64,000 bases of DNA from an uncultured Acidobacteriota bacterium. Lineage in GTDB: Bacteria > Acidobacteriota > Thermoanaerobaculia > Gp7-AA8. A program made the translations under genes and the position numbers. The stretch is from positions 32,001-96,000 of the forward strand of contig CAVUKB010000006.1 in assembly GCA_963741955.1 (NCBI GenBank), written 5' to 3'. Numbering within the stretch: the stretch's first letter is position 1; each line of letters begins with the position of its first letter. The notes below the pieces were generated by a model. It was not told where the DNA came from. It did no database searches and saw only the letters and a program-made list of their open reading frames with translations. Below, piece by piece: positions 18,092 through 28,803 of the stretch.

Positions 18092-20551
18092 TCAAGTGGA
18101 CGATCCGGTCGCAGGGCCGGGAGCTTCCCCGTCGGAACGGCGGAGCTTCCTGCGCCGGATTGCGCGGATCGCCGGAACCAGACCGAGGAGCACGACCAGT
18201 ATCCCGCCCGAGACCTGAGCAGCGGTGTAGAACGAGAGGGGGTTGTAGACGACACGGATGAGCGAGGTTCCGGGCGGCACGAGGAACCCCATGAAAGGAC
18301 CGTTCACCTGAATCACCTTGAGCTCCTCGCCACCGTTCCGGTAGACCCGCCACCCCGGCCAGTCGGGCTGGCTGCTGGCAATGAACGTCCAGTGAGTCGA
18401 TTCGACACGAAGGTCGAACGCGCGAGCCTCGGCGTGCAGAATCCGAACCTTCGCCGGCGGAAGCATCGCACTTCTCTCCTGCATCAGGTCCGCATGAATT
18501 GCATCCACCATGCTGGTCGGGAGCCGCTTCACGATCGCCGTCCCTCTCCAATCATCGTGAGCTCGCAGAAGCCAGCTCCTCTTCCGGTCGTCGAACTCGG
18601 AGATGAGCCGCTTCACCGCAAAGAATCTCGGATAGGCGGTCCGGTTCCGGTAGATCCTCCCGTCCGGCCCCTTGTAGACGAGCTGGAAGTGATCGGCCGC
18701 CGCCGGCTCGTCCGGCGCGGTCACGACGTATCGAACATTCGCGTAATCGACATACGTCTCGTCGGGATCGACGAACTTTCCGAAGTAATACTCCGTCTCG
18801 TACGACGTGAAGTAGCGGAGAGGGTCGGTCATCCGAGCGTTGGCCATCGGGTCGTGGGCCCGGATGTCTTCCAGTCCATACATCGCCGAAGTGTTCGGGA
18901 AGAGAGTGCCGAACAGTGCAACGATACGGAACGGGTACATCGGCTCGAGACGGCGATCGCTCTCGAGCCTCTCGAGCGTGCGGATCAGAGGAGTGGCGGG
19001 GTAGAAATCACGATCGGACACGACCGGATTCCACCGGTGATGGACCGACCAGAGCTCGGCGAAAATCACCAGAGCGAGAACGGCGGAAGCACCGGTCGCG
19101 AACCGCGGGGGGATCCACATCACGACCGCGAGAAGGACGAGAGCGCCGATCGCCGGAGCAATGGACCAGAGAGCATACGAACGCGCGGCGTCGTCCGGAA
19201 CGTGGATGAGGAAGAAGGGAACTGCGAGAAGGGCGAGGGCAATGGCCACCCCCACGGTGACTTCGACGCGAAACTTCTTCCTCGCGACCAGATCGACGAG
19301 CACCCCCGCGAGCATCGCGAGAGACCAGCAGACGAAGATCCGGAATCGTCCGTTCACGGTCATCGAGAAGGGAGGGATCTGGTGCAGGAGCGGCGCGAGG
19401 GGACGCCAGCCGAGGGCGACGGTCAGCGAGAGCGGTGCGAGGAGAAACCAGAGCCATACCAGACGGTCCATGGATCGGCGAAGCGGCAGCACCAGCGCAC
19501 AGACGAACCATGCTGCGATCGCGATGATCCCCGCGTAGCCGGTGATGACCTCGGGTTGCGCCGGTCCCCAGATGTTCCACATCGGGAGACTTCCGAAGAA
19601 TTTCGGCTCGAGGAACGTCACCAGATCGCGTGCACCTGACACGGTCCATCCCTCCGGATGACGCACCAGCGCCCGGAATCGCTGCGAGCTCGGAAGGGCT
19701 TCGATGAACGGGAGCACGACCGGGAGAGCGAGGAGGAATCCCGCGATCCCGGCTCCCGCCACCGCGAAGACTCTGCGAAACGCGATTTCCTTCCAGAAGA
19801 AGATCGCGACGACAACCGTGTAACATCCGCCGAAACCCACCACCAACGCCACGGTCTCGGGATGCCCGCCGGTGAGCAACGCGAGAAAGGCGAACGTGAG
19901 AAAGAGCCAGCGCCCGTATCCGGGTTTCTCGAGCACCAGATCGATCGCCACGAGCAGCAGCGGGAGAAGGAGACCCACCGTGGCGAGAGGAAAGTGAACC
20001 CACGTCACCGACCAGGTCGAAAACCCGAACGCGAATGCTGCGGCCGTCGCGCCGATCGGTCCGCCGCCGCGCCTCCGGACGTAGATGAACGTGAACGTGA
20101 GCGCGACGAGTAGCTTCAGCGCCGCTTCCACGACGATCGCGTTCACCAGCGAAAGCGGGAGAGCGATGAGCCTGAAGAACGAGAACGCACTGCTCTGCGC
20201 GTTCCCGAGCAGCGGGTACCCACCTCCCGCCATCGGATTCCAGAGAGGCATCTCTCCGTGGAGAAACGACTGTCGCACCTGATGAGCCCAGGGGACGATC
20301 TGGAACACCAGGTCGTTCAGTTCCGGGTTCGAGTGAGGGAGCGGACGGCCGAACGCGCTCCAGGGATACGTGCGGTAGAGATAGTCGACCGGTACGTTCA
20401 CGTATGGTCCGGTCAGTGGAAGAAGGAAGAACGCGAGGACGGCGACGTAGAAGAGCGCAGCGATCTTCCAGGGAATCGGAAGCCCGCCGCGGCGCGCCAG
20501 TGCGACGAGGACCAGGTAGATCGCGGCGAGGTAGAGGAATCCGGGATTCAC
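18092..20551 (-). CDS. YfhO-family multi-pass membrane protein (GT-C glycosyltransferase-like)
   Basis: PLWNP...G.PLLGN.QS, GGHPE, many TMs, C-terminal WPGW...FLVPPG...Y.P. Confidence 0.85.
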   Translation of the reverse strand: MNPGFLYLAAIYLVLVALARRGGLPIPWKIAALFYVAVLAFFLLPLTGPYVNVPVDYLYRTYPWSAFGRPLPHSNPELNDLVFQIVPWAHQVRQSFLHGEMPLWNPMAGGGYPLLGNAQSSAFSFFRLIALPLSLVNAIVVEAALKLLVALTFTFIYVRRRGGGPIGATAAAFAFGFSTWSVTWVHFPLATVGLLLPLLLVAIDLVLEKPGYGRWLFLTFAFLALLTGGHPETVALVVGFGGCYTVVVAIFFWKEIAFRRVFAVAGAGIAGFLLALPVVLPFIEALPSSQRFRALVRHPEGWTVSGARDLVTFLEPKFFGSLPMWNIWGPAQPEVITGYAGIIAIAAWFVCALVLPLRRSMDRLVWLWFLLAPLSLTVALGWRPLAPLLHQIPPFSMTVNGRFRIFVCWSLAMLAGVLVDLVARKKFRVEVTVGVAIALALLAVPFFLIHVPDDAARSYALWSIAPAIGALVLLAVVMWIPPRFATGASAVLALVIFAELWSVHHRWNPVVSDRDFYPATPLIRTLERLESDRRLEPMYPFRIVALFGTLFPNTSAMYGLEDIRAHDPMANARMTDPLRYFTSYETEYYFGKFVDPDETYVDYANVRYVVTAPDEPAAADHFQLVYKGPDGRIYRNRTAYPRFFAVKRLISEFDDRKRSWLLRAHDDWRGTAIVKRLPTSMVDAIHADLMQERSAMLPPAKVRILHAEARAFDLRVESTHWTFIASSQPDWPGWRVYRNGGEELKVIQVNGPFMGFLVPPGTSLIRVVYNPLSFYTAAQVSGGILVVLLGLVPAIRAIRRRKLRRSDGEAPGPATGSST

Positions 20552-20587
20552 GTGCGCGGGTATTCTAAGACGAATCGCAGAAGCGGA

Positions 20588-21580
20588 TCAGAGAGAGCTT
20601 GCGGGACCCGATGAGACCGAATCGTTCGAGCGTGAGGCTTCTCCCGCGCCTTTCCAGCGGTCGTGCTGCCAGAACCAGAGCTCCGGACGTCGACGGATCC
20701 GCTCCGTGATCACGTCGTTGATCCTGGTGGTCAGTGCTTCGACGGACGACATTCCCGGATCGCTGGCCCGGAGCGGCCCTTCGATTCTCCAGTGAATCTC
20801 TTCGCCCACCGGTTCGCCGAACGCGAAAACGATCGGCGCACCGTGCCGCATCGCCAGTTTGGCCGGGGCGGTGGTGGTCCACGCCGGACGTCCGAGGAAT
20901 GGAACGCAGACTCCCTCCCGCGGCTTCACAGCCTGATCGGCCAGCATCACGACGATTCCGTTTCCGGCGAGCGCCGTCAGTACCGGTCTCGCCGCCGAAC
21001 GCCGGTCGACGATCTCGATTCCCCGACGTGCCCTCGACTGGTTCAGCTGCTGCTCCAGCAATTCGTTGTCGAGAAAGCGCGCGACGACGGTCACCGGAAG
21101 GTCGAGCTGCGAGAGCGCGCCGACGCCGAATTCCCAGTCGCCGTAGTGTGCCGTGACCAGAATCGCGCCCTTCCCCTCGTCGAGCGCGTCACGCAGCACG
21201 TGCTGATCGAGAATCCGGTTGGCCGCCTCCACTTCCCGGATCTCCTCGCCGAGCCGGCGCACGTAGAAGAGCATCATGGTGACGAAGCGGATCCAGGAGC
21301 GACGGACGATGTCTTCGCATTCTGCGGGACTCCGCTCCGGGAACGAGGCTCTGGCATTCGCGATCGCCTTGCGGCTCCTACCTCCGAGCAAACGATGCGC
21401 GAGACGGCCGATCCGCGAGCCCCACTTCCTGATCGATGCGTCGGAAGGGATGGAGAGGAGGAGCTGAACGATCCGGAAGAGGACGAATTCGAGGCGTTGC
21501 ACCAGGCGGTGCTTTCGCCTCTTCGATTTGCGGCCGGCCGAAGCGGCGGCCGGTCTCCCGGTCTCGACAGGGGAAGTCAT
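20588..21580 (-). CDS. lpxL: Lipid A secondary acyltransferase (LpxL/HtrB family)
   Basis: HYGDWE, LADQ, PFLG, PELWFWQHDRWK. Confidence 0.9.
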   Translation of the reverse strand: MTSPVETGRPAAASAGRKSKRRKHRLVQRLEFVLFRIVQLLLSIPSDASIRKWGSRIGRLAHRLLGGRSRKAIANARASFPERSPAECEDIVRRSWIRFVTMMLFYVRRLGEEIREVEAANRILDQHVLRDALDEGKGAILVTAHYGDWEFGVGALSQLDLPVTVVARFLDNELLEQQLNQSRARRGIEIVDRRSAARPVLTALAGNGIVVMLADQAVKPREGVCVPFLGRPAWTTTAPAKLAMRHGAPIVFAFGEPVGEEIHWRIEGPLRASDPGMSSVEALTTRINDVITERIRRRPELWFWQHDRWKGAGEASRSNDSVSSGPASSL

Positions 21581-21584
21581 GACG

Positions 21585-22535
21585 TCAACGGCGGCCGGAC
21601 CCGGACCGCTCTCCTCGAATCCGTTCGAACAACAGCTGGTAGAACTTCTCTTCCTGCTCGATCACGACCGAGACGATGGCGACGGCGATCGCCGGATTTC
21701 CGATCTTCACTGCGTCTTTGGCCGTGGTGACGATCAGATCGGCAGTTTTCGATCTTCCTTCCTCGAGAATCGCGTCGATCTCGGCATCCGAATAGCGATG
21801 GTGGTCCTCGAAAGACCTGACCCCGACGAGCACCGCGCCAGCCGCAGAGAGGGAATCGAAGAACTGCCGATTGTCAGCGAGGCCGGCGAACGCGAAAACG
21901 CGACGGCCGCGGATCGCCTCGATCGGAGACTCCGTCCCCTCCTGCCGCAGAGCGGTCAGCGCGAGTTTCATCCCGAAGACCGGAGGTATTCCCTCTCCCT
22001 TCTCCGCCGCGCCGCGCCGCAGGACGAGATCCGCACAGCGCAGCGCCGAGCGTCCTTCGCGCAGCCATCGGGCCGCGGGATGGTCGATCACGACGTCGAT
22101 GTCGCGGGCGAGAGGAAAATGCTGGAACGCGTCGTCCAGGAGGAAGAGATCGCAGTCATGATCGTTCAGGTAATCCAGCCCCGCCGCTCGCCGGTCGGCG
22201 CCTACCACGACATCGACGCCGGGGAGCATCTCGCGCATCAGCACCGGCTCGTCGCCGAACCGCGCGGGATCAGCTGCGGTGACCAGCGTCGAGGGCTCCT
22301 TGACGCTGCGGCCATAGCCACGGCTCAGGATCGCGACGCGAAATCCGCTCGAGCGAAGCTTCGACGCGATGGCCATGGTGACCGGCGTCTTCCCGCTTCC
22401 GCCGAAGCTGATGTTGCCGACCGAGATCGTAGGACGCGGAAGGCGCCGCCCCGGCGCGAGGCCCGACACCTTCAGCCACCTCCGGAGGCGGTTCACCCCC
22501 CGGTAGAGGAGCTCTGCGAGGATCAAGGGATTCAC
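21585..22535 (-). CDS. lpxK: Tetraacyldisaccharide 4'-kinase
   Basis: SVGNISFGGSGKTP, LSRGYG, GDEP, LLDDAFQH, TTAKDAVK; GTG start overlaps the waaA stop. Confidence 0.95.
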   Translation of the reverse strand: MNPLILAELLYRGVNRLRRWLKVSGLAPGRRLPRPTISVGNISFGGSGKTPVTMAIASKLRSSGFRVAILSRGYGRSVKEPSTLVTAADPARFGDEPVLMREMLPGVDVVVGADRRAAGLDYLNDHDCDLFLLDDAFQHFPLARDIDVVIDHPAARWLREGRSALRCADLVLRRGAAEKGEGIPPVFGMKLALTALRQEGTESPIEAIRGRRVFAFAGLADNRQFFDSLSAAGAVLVGVRSFEDHHRYSDAEIDAILEEGRSKTADLIVTTAKDAVKIGNPAIAVAIVSVVIEQEEKFYQLLFERIRGERSGSGRR

Positions 22536-23782
22536 GAGATTGCTTCCACGATTCGGCGCGCGGTTTTTTCCGCCGCGCCCCGGTTCTTCTCCACGGCCGC
22601 CTTCGCACGCCGGGACCATTCTTCCCTTCTGGACGGATCCGCCGACACCGCGGTCACGAACGCGAACAGCTCGTCCACGTCGCGCACCTCGAGCGCGGCA
22701 TGCTCGCTGATGAACGAAGCCGCGATCTCGCGGAAGTTGCTCATGTGAGGGCCGAATGCGACCGGCGTCCCCACCGCCGCCGCCTCGATCGGATTGTGTC
22801 CGCCGGTCGGCATCAGACTCCCGCCGATGAACGCCGCCGTCGCATGGGCGTAGAGGCGAGCGAGCTCGCCGATGCTGTCGAGAAGGAGAAGATCGCAGCC
22901 GCCCTCCTCCCGTTCGAGCTCCGACCGGCGACGGAACCGGATCTTCGCACGCGAGACGAGGGCCGCCACCTGGTCGAAGCGCTCCGGCTTCCGCGGGGCG
23001 AGGACGACGAAGCTCCCCGCAGCGATCAGGCGCTCGAACAGCGGCAGGAGAAGCTCCTCCTCTCCGTCCACGGTCGAGCCGGCGATGAAGATCGGCCGCT
23101 CCCCCGCCAGCGCTTCGATCGATGAAGCGATCGGCGAGGGGCGGGGATCGGCTTCGTAGTCGAACTTCACGTTCCCGGAAACCTCGACCCGCTCCGGAGC
23201 AGCTCCGATCGCCACGAAGCGCTCCCGGTCCGTCTCTTCCCGAACCAGGACCGCGGAGTACAGAGATAGAACCGGACGGAGAAGCCTGCGGAACCGGCGA
23301 TAGCGGGGAAACGAGCGATCCGACAGGCGGCCGTTCGCGAGGATCAGAGGCATTCCACGGCGGGAGCAGTGCCTCGAGACATTCGGCCAGATCTCGGTCT
23401 CCACGGTGGCGTAGACGCGAGGGTGGTAGTGATCGAGGAAACGCCGCACCGAAAAGGAAAAATCAAACGGGAAATACGTGACCGCGGCATGGGGAAACAT
23501 GCGGCGGGCCGTCGCCTGTCCGGTGAGCGTCGTGGTCGTCACGACGAAGCTCGTCTCCGGTCTCATCCGGCGGATCCGCTCGACGATCGGGACCGCAGCC
23601 ATCACTTCACCGACCGAAACGGCGTGAAGCCAGACGTCGGTATCGATTGCAGGGCCGGGATACCGGCCCAGACGCTCCCGCACGCTTCCGAAGTATTTCC
23701 CGCGCACGAGACCGACCACGGAGAAATACGGGATGGCGAGGATGAAGACGAGGAACAGCAGCCCCTCGTAGATCGCGAACAT
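22532..23782 (-). CDS. waaA: Kdo transferase
   Basis: WLHAVSVGE, ETEIWPN, NGRLS, GNVKFD, AGST, GGHNPIE. Confidence 0.96.
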   Translation of the reverse strand: MFAIYEGLLFLVFILAIPYFSVVGLVRGKYFGSVRERLGRYPGPAIDTDVWLHAVSVGEVMAAVPIVERIRRMRPETSFVVTTTTLTGQATARRMFPHAAVTYFPFDFSFSVRRFLDHYHPRVYATVETEIWPNVSRHCSRRGMPLILANGRLSDRSFPRYRRFRRLLRPVLSLYSAVLVREETDRERFVAIGAAPERVEVSGNVKFDYEADPRPSPIASSIEALAGERPIFIAGSTVDGEEELLLPLFERLIAAGSFVVLAPRKPERFDQVAALVSRAKIRFRRRSELEREEGGCDLLLLDSIGELARLYAHATAAFIGGSLMPTGGHNPIEAAAVGTPVAFGPHMSNFREIAASFISEHAALEVRDVDELFAFVTAVSADPSRREEWSRRAKAAVEKNRGAAEKTARRIVEAIS

Positions 23783-23908
23783 GGCGCGTGATTATAGTGG
23801 CAGGTCACAGGCTGTGGCGGTTCAGGAGCGCCGGGAGTCGGTTCCCTCCGCGGAATCTCTTGCACCTCGGCGCGCTTTCTGTATATTGAGAGTATCCGAA
23901 AAGAAAGG

Positions 23909-25198
23909 TTGAATTTGCTGAATCAGACAGGCGCGTCCGCGCCGGAAAAGGCGATCCTGGCAGGGCTGGTCCTTCCTCAGGTCTCACGTACGGTCGTCGA
24001 AGAACACCTCGAAGAACTCCAGAAACTCACCGAATCCGCAGGCGGCTCGGTCGTCGGCACGATCCTTCAGGAACGTTCCGCTCCGGACTCCGCCACGTGG
24101 ATCGGCCGCGGAAAGGCGGAGGAGCTCGCGGAACTCGTCACGTCGGCCGGCGCGACGCTGGCGATCTTCGACGACGATCTCTCCCCGGCGCAGGCCCGCA
24201 ACCTGGAAAAGATCCTCGGCGTCAAAGTGATCGACCGGAGCGGTCTGATCCTCGACATCTTCGCCCGCCGCGCGAGGAGCCGCGAATCACGGACCCAGGT
24301 CGAGCTCGCGCAGCTCGAGTACCTCCTCCCGCGCCTCACGCGCCAGTGGTCTCACCTTTCGCGGCAGGCCGGCGGCATCGGGACCCGCGGAGTCGGCGAG
24401 ACGCAGCTCGAGCTCGACCGGCGCATCATCCGGAACCGGATCCGCCGGCTGAAGGACGAGCTCGCGCACATCGAGCGGACTCGCGAGACGCAGCGGCGAG
24501 GCCGGCGGAATGCGTTCACGGTCGCGCTGGTCGGTTACACCAACGCCGGAAAATCGACTCTGTTCAACCAGCTCACCAACGGTCACGTCGAAGCGGTGGA
24601 TCAGCTCTTCGCGACTCTCGACGCGAAGCTGCAGAAATCGCAGTATGGAATGCCGTGCGAGACCGTCTTCATCGACACGGTCGGCTTCATCCGGAAGCTC
24701 CCGCATCATCTGGTCGCGTCATTCCGTTCGACGATGGAAGAGGCTGCGAGTGCCGATCTCGTACTCCACCTGATCAACTTCAGCCATTCCCAGTTCGAAG
24801 ATCAGCGCGAGATCGGCAAGCAGGTCCTTCGCGATCTCGGCATCTCCGGCTCGAAGGTCATCGAGGTCTACAACAAGATGGACCAGATGGAGGGGCGCGT
24901 TCTCCTCGGGCCCCGTCGAGACGACGCCGTGACCATTTCCGCGCTGACCGGACGAGGGGTGCCGGAGCTCCTCGAGATCATCCGCCGCGAAGAGCGCGCC
25001 CGCGGGTCGGTGATGCAGCTCGAGATCCCGCAGGCCGAATCGAGGCTCATTGCACACCTGTTCGAGGTCGCCGAAGTCCGGGAGCAGTCGGCCGATGGAG
25101 ATGCAATCCGCTTCGTCGCCTGGGTACCGGGCGATGCCGCCCATCAGTTTCAGCCATTCGCGATCGATCCTCTCGATGACCGCGCCGTGGCCAATTGA
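23909..25198 (+). CDS. hflX: GTPase HflX
   Basis: ILDIFARRA, QVELAQL, GYTNAGKST, DTVGFI, NKMD. Confidence 0.97.
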   Translation: MNLLNQTGASAPEKAILAGLVLPQVSRTVVEEHLEELQKLTESAGGSVVGTILQERSAPDSATWIGRGKAEELAELVTSAGATLAIFDDDLSPAQARNLEKILGVKVIDRSGLILDIFARRARSRESRTQVELAQLEYLLPRLTRQWSHLSRQAGGIGTRGVGETQLELDRRIIRNRIRRLKDELAHIERTRETQRRGRRNAFTVALVGYTNAGKSTLFNQLTNGHVEAVDQLFATLDAKLQKSQYGMPCETVFIDTVGFIRKLPHHLVASFRSTMEEAASADLVLHLINFSHSQFEDQREIGKQVLRDLGISGSKVIEVYNKMDQMEGRVLLGPRRDDAVTISALTGRGVPELLEIIRREERARGSVMQLEIPQAESRLIAHLFEVAEVREQSADGDAIRFVAWVPGDAAHQFQPFAIDPLDDRAVAN

Positions 25199-25241
25199 TG
25201 ATTGTGCGCTGACTCAACTGATCGAGTGCCGTGCGTCACAG

Positions 25242-25763
25242 ATGGACCCCACCGCTTCCATTACTCTCGAATCCGGCAGCGTGAAGATTCGCCCGGTCGA
25301 GCAGACGGACCGGCGCCGGATCGCGGCGATTCTCGCGGCCGTGAGGATATTCACCAGCGATGAGATCGAGGCAGCCATGGCGCAGGTGATCGAAGCGATC
25401 AACACCCCCCGGCGAGGGAGATACCTCGTGGACGTCGCCGACTCGACCGTGGGGCTGGTCGGATACGTCAGCTACGGACCGACACCTCGCTATGCCGGCA
25501 CCTGGGATCTCTACTGGATCGCAGTCGACCCGGAGCAACGGAACCGGGGAATCGGAAGCCTCCTGCTCGAGCACGTGGAGAAGCGGATCCGCGAACTGAA
25601 AGGGGAGACTCTCCTCATCGAAACGTCGGCAGCGGAAAGTTACGAGCCGACGAGGCGGTTCTACCAACGGAACGGCTACCGGCCGGCGACGCGGGTGATG
25701 GATTTCGCCCGCCTCCGTGCCGACCGCATCATCTATTCGAGACGGATCGGTGGAACCGCATGA
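25242..25763 (+). CDS. GNAT-family N-acetyltransferase
   Basis: WDLYWIAVDP...RGIGSLLL...IETS...FY..NGY. Confidence 0.88.
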   Translation: MDPTASITLESGSVKIRPVEQTDRRRIAAILAAVRIFTSDEIEAAMAQVIEAINTPRRGRYLVDVADSTVGLVGYVSYGPTPRYAGTWDLYWIAVDPEQRNRGIGSLLLEHVEKRIRELKGETLLIETSAAESYEPTRRFYQRNGYRPATRVMDFARLRADRIIYSRRIGGTA

Positions 25764-26557
25764 TCTCCTTTCACCTGGCGCTCTACGCCACGATCGTTTT
25801 CTACGGGGCGGCCACCGTGTCGGTCTTCATCTCCCTCTTCAATCGCGATGAGAAGCTCCAGAAGCTCGGCCTCGGCCTCGTCGCGACGGGATTCGTGACC
25901 CACACGGTCTGGATCGGCAGCATCTGCAGCCGGACCCTCCATCCGCCGCTGACGAACCTCCCCGAGACGACCGCATTCATCGGCTGGCTGGTGGTGGTCG
26001 CGCAGCTGTTTCTCTATTTCAGATACCGGGTCTATGCCGCGTCGTTCTTCGTTTACCCGCTGCTGGTCATCCTGATCACCGTTCCGGCGATCGTCCGCGA
26101 TCCCCTCGCCACGATGGATCCGGCGCTCCGTTCGAATGTCTTCATCGGACACCTCCTGCTGACGATGATCGGCCTCGCGGCTCTGCTGATCGGTCTCGCG
26201 TTCACCATCCTGTATCAGGTGCAGGAGCGGGCGATCCGGCTGAAACGGAGAGGAAGGCTCTACCAGTGGATTCCGAGCCTCCGGGTCTGCGACGTCCTCG
26301 GCTACCGCCTCCTGGCATCCGGCTTCGTGATCTATACACTCGGACTCGGCGCGGGGATTCTCTGGTCCTACCGGACCACCGCGGGAGCGTTCTCGCTGCG
26401 GGCGAAGGAGATCGGAGCACTCACCGCGTGGGTCATGTTCGCGGCGATTCTGCAGACCTACATCAGCGGATCACAAAGAGCGCGACGCGTGCTCATCCTC
26501 TCCGCGTTCGCTTTCATTTCCATCACCATCGCTCTACTGGGGATTCAGCATGTCTGA
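25760..26557 (+). CDS. ccsA: Cytochrome c assembly protein (CcsA/HemX-like)
   Basis: About 8 TMs, conserved His, PSL..D motif; directly upstream of hemA. Confidence 0.82.
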   Translation: MISFHLALYATIVFYGAATVSVFISLFNRDEKLQKLGLGLVATGFVTHTVWIGSICSRTLHPPLTNLPETTAFIGWLVVVAQLFLYFRYRVYAASFFVYPLLVILITVPAIVRDPLATMDPALRSNVFIGHLLLTMIGLAALLIGLAFTILYQVQERAIRLKRRGRLYQWIPSLRVCDVLGYRLLASGFVIYTLGLGAGILWSYRTTAGAFSLRAKEIGALTAWVMFAAILQTYISGSQRARRVLILSAFAFISITIALLGIQHV

Positions 26558-26608
26558 GCGGCGCGACGCTCGAACGCATTGCCGGAAGGCGGAAGGGAGG
26601 CTGACGTC

Positions 26609-27883
26609 ATGCCTCTCGTGCTGATCGGCGTGAACCACAAGACCGCTCCGGTCGAGGTGCGGGAGCAGCTCAGCGTCGCAGACGGCGATCAGGAGAAACT
26701 CCTCGCCAGCATCCACGGAGTGGAAGGGGTCGAAGGAGTGATCGTCCTCTCGACCTGCAACCGCATCGAAGTGATCCTCTCGGTCCGCGACGAGGACGTC
26801 CTCGACCCGGTCATCGATCACCTCATCAGCCGCTCGACACTCAGCCGCGCCGAGATCGAACAGCATTTCTACATTCTCCGTCATCGGGACGTGGTGCGGC
26901 ATCTCTTCCGCGTTGCCTCCGGTCTCGATTCGATGATCCTGGGTGAGCCGCAGATCGCAGGTCAGTTCCGCGCTGCGTATCAGCGATCGGTCGACGCGCA
27001 GCTGCTCGACATGGTGCTGCGTAAGCTCGGTGAACACACTCTTCACGTGGCGAAAAAGGTCCGCACCGACACCGGAATCGGAGAGAGTGCGGTATCGATC
27101 CCATTCGCCGGTGTCGAGCTCGCGAGGAAGATCTTCGGTGACCTGACCGGATTGCGGGTTCTCCTCGTCGGCGCGGGAGAGATCGGCGAGCTGACCGCCA
27201 TCCATCTGCACGGGTTCGGCGCCGAGCGCGTCTGGGTCGCGAACCGCTCGTTCGAAAAGGCGGTGGAGCTCGCCGGCCGTTTCGACGGCGAAGCGATCGA
27301 GTTCGGCGCTCTCGATTCGAAGCTCGGCGATTCCGACATCGTGATCGTCTCGACCTCGGCACCGAACTACGTCATCACCTCCGACCAGGTCAGAGAGGCG
27401 CTTTCGTCGCGCCGCAGGCGGAGTCTCTTCCTGATCGACCTGTCGGTTCCCCGCAACATCGATCCCACCATCTCCGAGGTCTCCGGATCGTACCTCTACA
27501 ACGTGGACGACCTGAAGGAAGTGGTCGACACGAATCTCGAGTCGAGAGCGAAGAAGGCGGAATTCGCCGAAGAGATCGTAGAGAAGGAATCCGACGGTTT
27601 CGTCCGGCGGATCGCGACTCACGAAGTGGTACCGACCATCGTCGAGCTCCAGCATCACCTCGACGAGATGCGGAGAGCGGAGCTGGAGAAATGTCTCCGC
27701 AAACTCGGTCCCATCACCACCGAACAGCAGGCAGCAATCGAGATGCTCACCACCGGGATCGTCAACAAGGTCCTCCACTACCCGATCCTCCGGCTCAAGG
27801 AATCGGCGTCCGACGAGCCGGCCGCCGCAACGCAACCCGAGTCGGTACGCGAGACCATCCGCCGGATATTTGGACTGCGATGA
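26609..27883 (+). CDS. hemA: Glutamyl-tRNA reductase
   Basis: GVNHKTAP, LSTCNR, SGLDSMILGEPQI, GAGEIG, DLSVPRNI. Confidence 0.98.
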   Translation: MPLVLIGVNHKTAPVEVREQLSVADGDQEKLLASIHGVEGVEGVIVLSTCNRIEVILSVRDEDVLDPVIDHLISRSTLSRAEIEQHFYILRHRDVVRHLFRVASGLDSMILGEPQIAGQFRAAYQRSVDAQLLDMVLRKLGEHTLHVAKKVRTDTGIGESAVSIPFAGVELARKIFGDLTGLRVLLVGAGEIGELTAIHLHGFGAERVWVANRSFEKAVELAGRFDGEAIEFGALDSKLGDSDIVIVSTSAPNYVITSDQVREALSSRRRRSLFLIDLSVPRNIDPTISEVSGSYLYNVDDLKEVVDTNLESRAKKAEFAEEIVEKESDGFVRRIATHEVVPTIVELQHHLDEMRRAELEKCLRKLGPITTEQQAAIEMLTTGIVNKVLHYPILRLKESASDEPAAATQPESVRETIRRIFGLR

Positions 27884-28803
27884 AGAAAATTCGAATCGGA
27901 ACCCGCGGCAGCGATCTCGCGCTCTGGCAGGCGAACACGGTCTCCAACAAACTCTCCGAAGCAGGTTTCCCATCCGAGATCCGGATCATCAAAACGACCG
28001 GAGACCGGCGCCAGGACGTCCCCCTCGCCTCCATCGGCGGGAAGGGACTCTTCATCAAGGAGATCGAAGAGGCACTCGACTCCGGCAGCATCGACATCGC
28101 AGTGCACAGCCTCAAGGACGTCCCGTCGATCGTGCCGCCCCGGTTTCGTCTGGGTGCTTTCCTCGAGCGCGCCGACCCTCGGGATGCGTGGCTGCAGCCC
28201 GACTTCCGTGCCATCGAGACCCTCTCGAAGGGGGCGAAGGTCGCGACCAGCTCGCCGCGCCGCCGTGCCCAGGTCAAGCGCCTCCACCCGCAGGTCGAGC
28301 TCGACGAGATCCGCGGCAACGTCGACACGCGCATCCGGAAGATGCACAGTGGACTCTGTGACGGAATGATTCTCGCCGCAGCGGGCCTGACCCGACTGGG
28401 ACGCGATTCGGAGATCGTATCCTTCTTCCCGGTCGACCAGATGGTTCCGGCCGCGGGTCAGGGGATCGTAGCGATCGAGACGTGTGCGGGCCGCGACGAC
28501 CTTCTGCCGGCGCTCGAAGCGATCGACCACGCCGATTCTCATCTCGCAGCCGAGAGCGAGCGCGGTGTGCTCCAGCGCTTCGGGACTCTCCTCGACTGCT
28601 ACTCCTGCATCGCGGTACACGCCCGCACGGAAGACGGCACGCTGCAGATCGACGCATTCCTCTCCGACCCTTCCGGCGAGCAGGCGCTCCGATTGAAACG
28701 ATTCGGCGCACGCGACGACGCCTCCGCGATCGTCAATGCAGTGGCGGATGAGCTGATCGCGCAGGGAGCGTACGAGTTGCTCGGGATCGAGCCGGCGCCG
28801 TGA
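27880..28803 (+). CDS. hemC: Hydroxymethylbilane synthase
   Basis: IGTRGS.LALWQ, GKGLFIKE, VHSLKD, RGNVDTR, LDC cofactor Cys. Confidence 0.97.
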   Translation: MKKIRIGTRGSDLALWQANTVSNKLSEAGFPSEIRIIKTTGDRRQDVPLASIGGKGLFIKEIEEALDSGSIDIAVHSLKDVPSIVPPRFRLGAFLERADPRDAWLQPDFRAIETLSKGAKVATSSPRRRAQVKRLHPQVELDEIRGNVDTRIRKMHSGLCDGMILAAAGLTRLGRDSEIVSFFPVDQMVPAAGQGIVAIETCAGRDDLLPALEAIDHADSHLAAESERGVLQRFGTLLDCYSCIAVHARTEDGTLQIDAFLSDPSGEQALRLKRFGARDDASAIVNAVADELIAQGAYELLGIEPAP

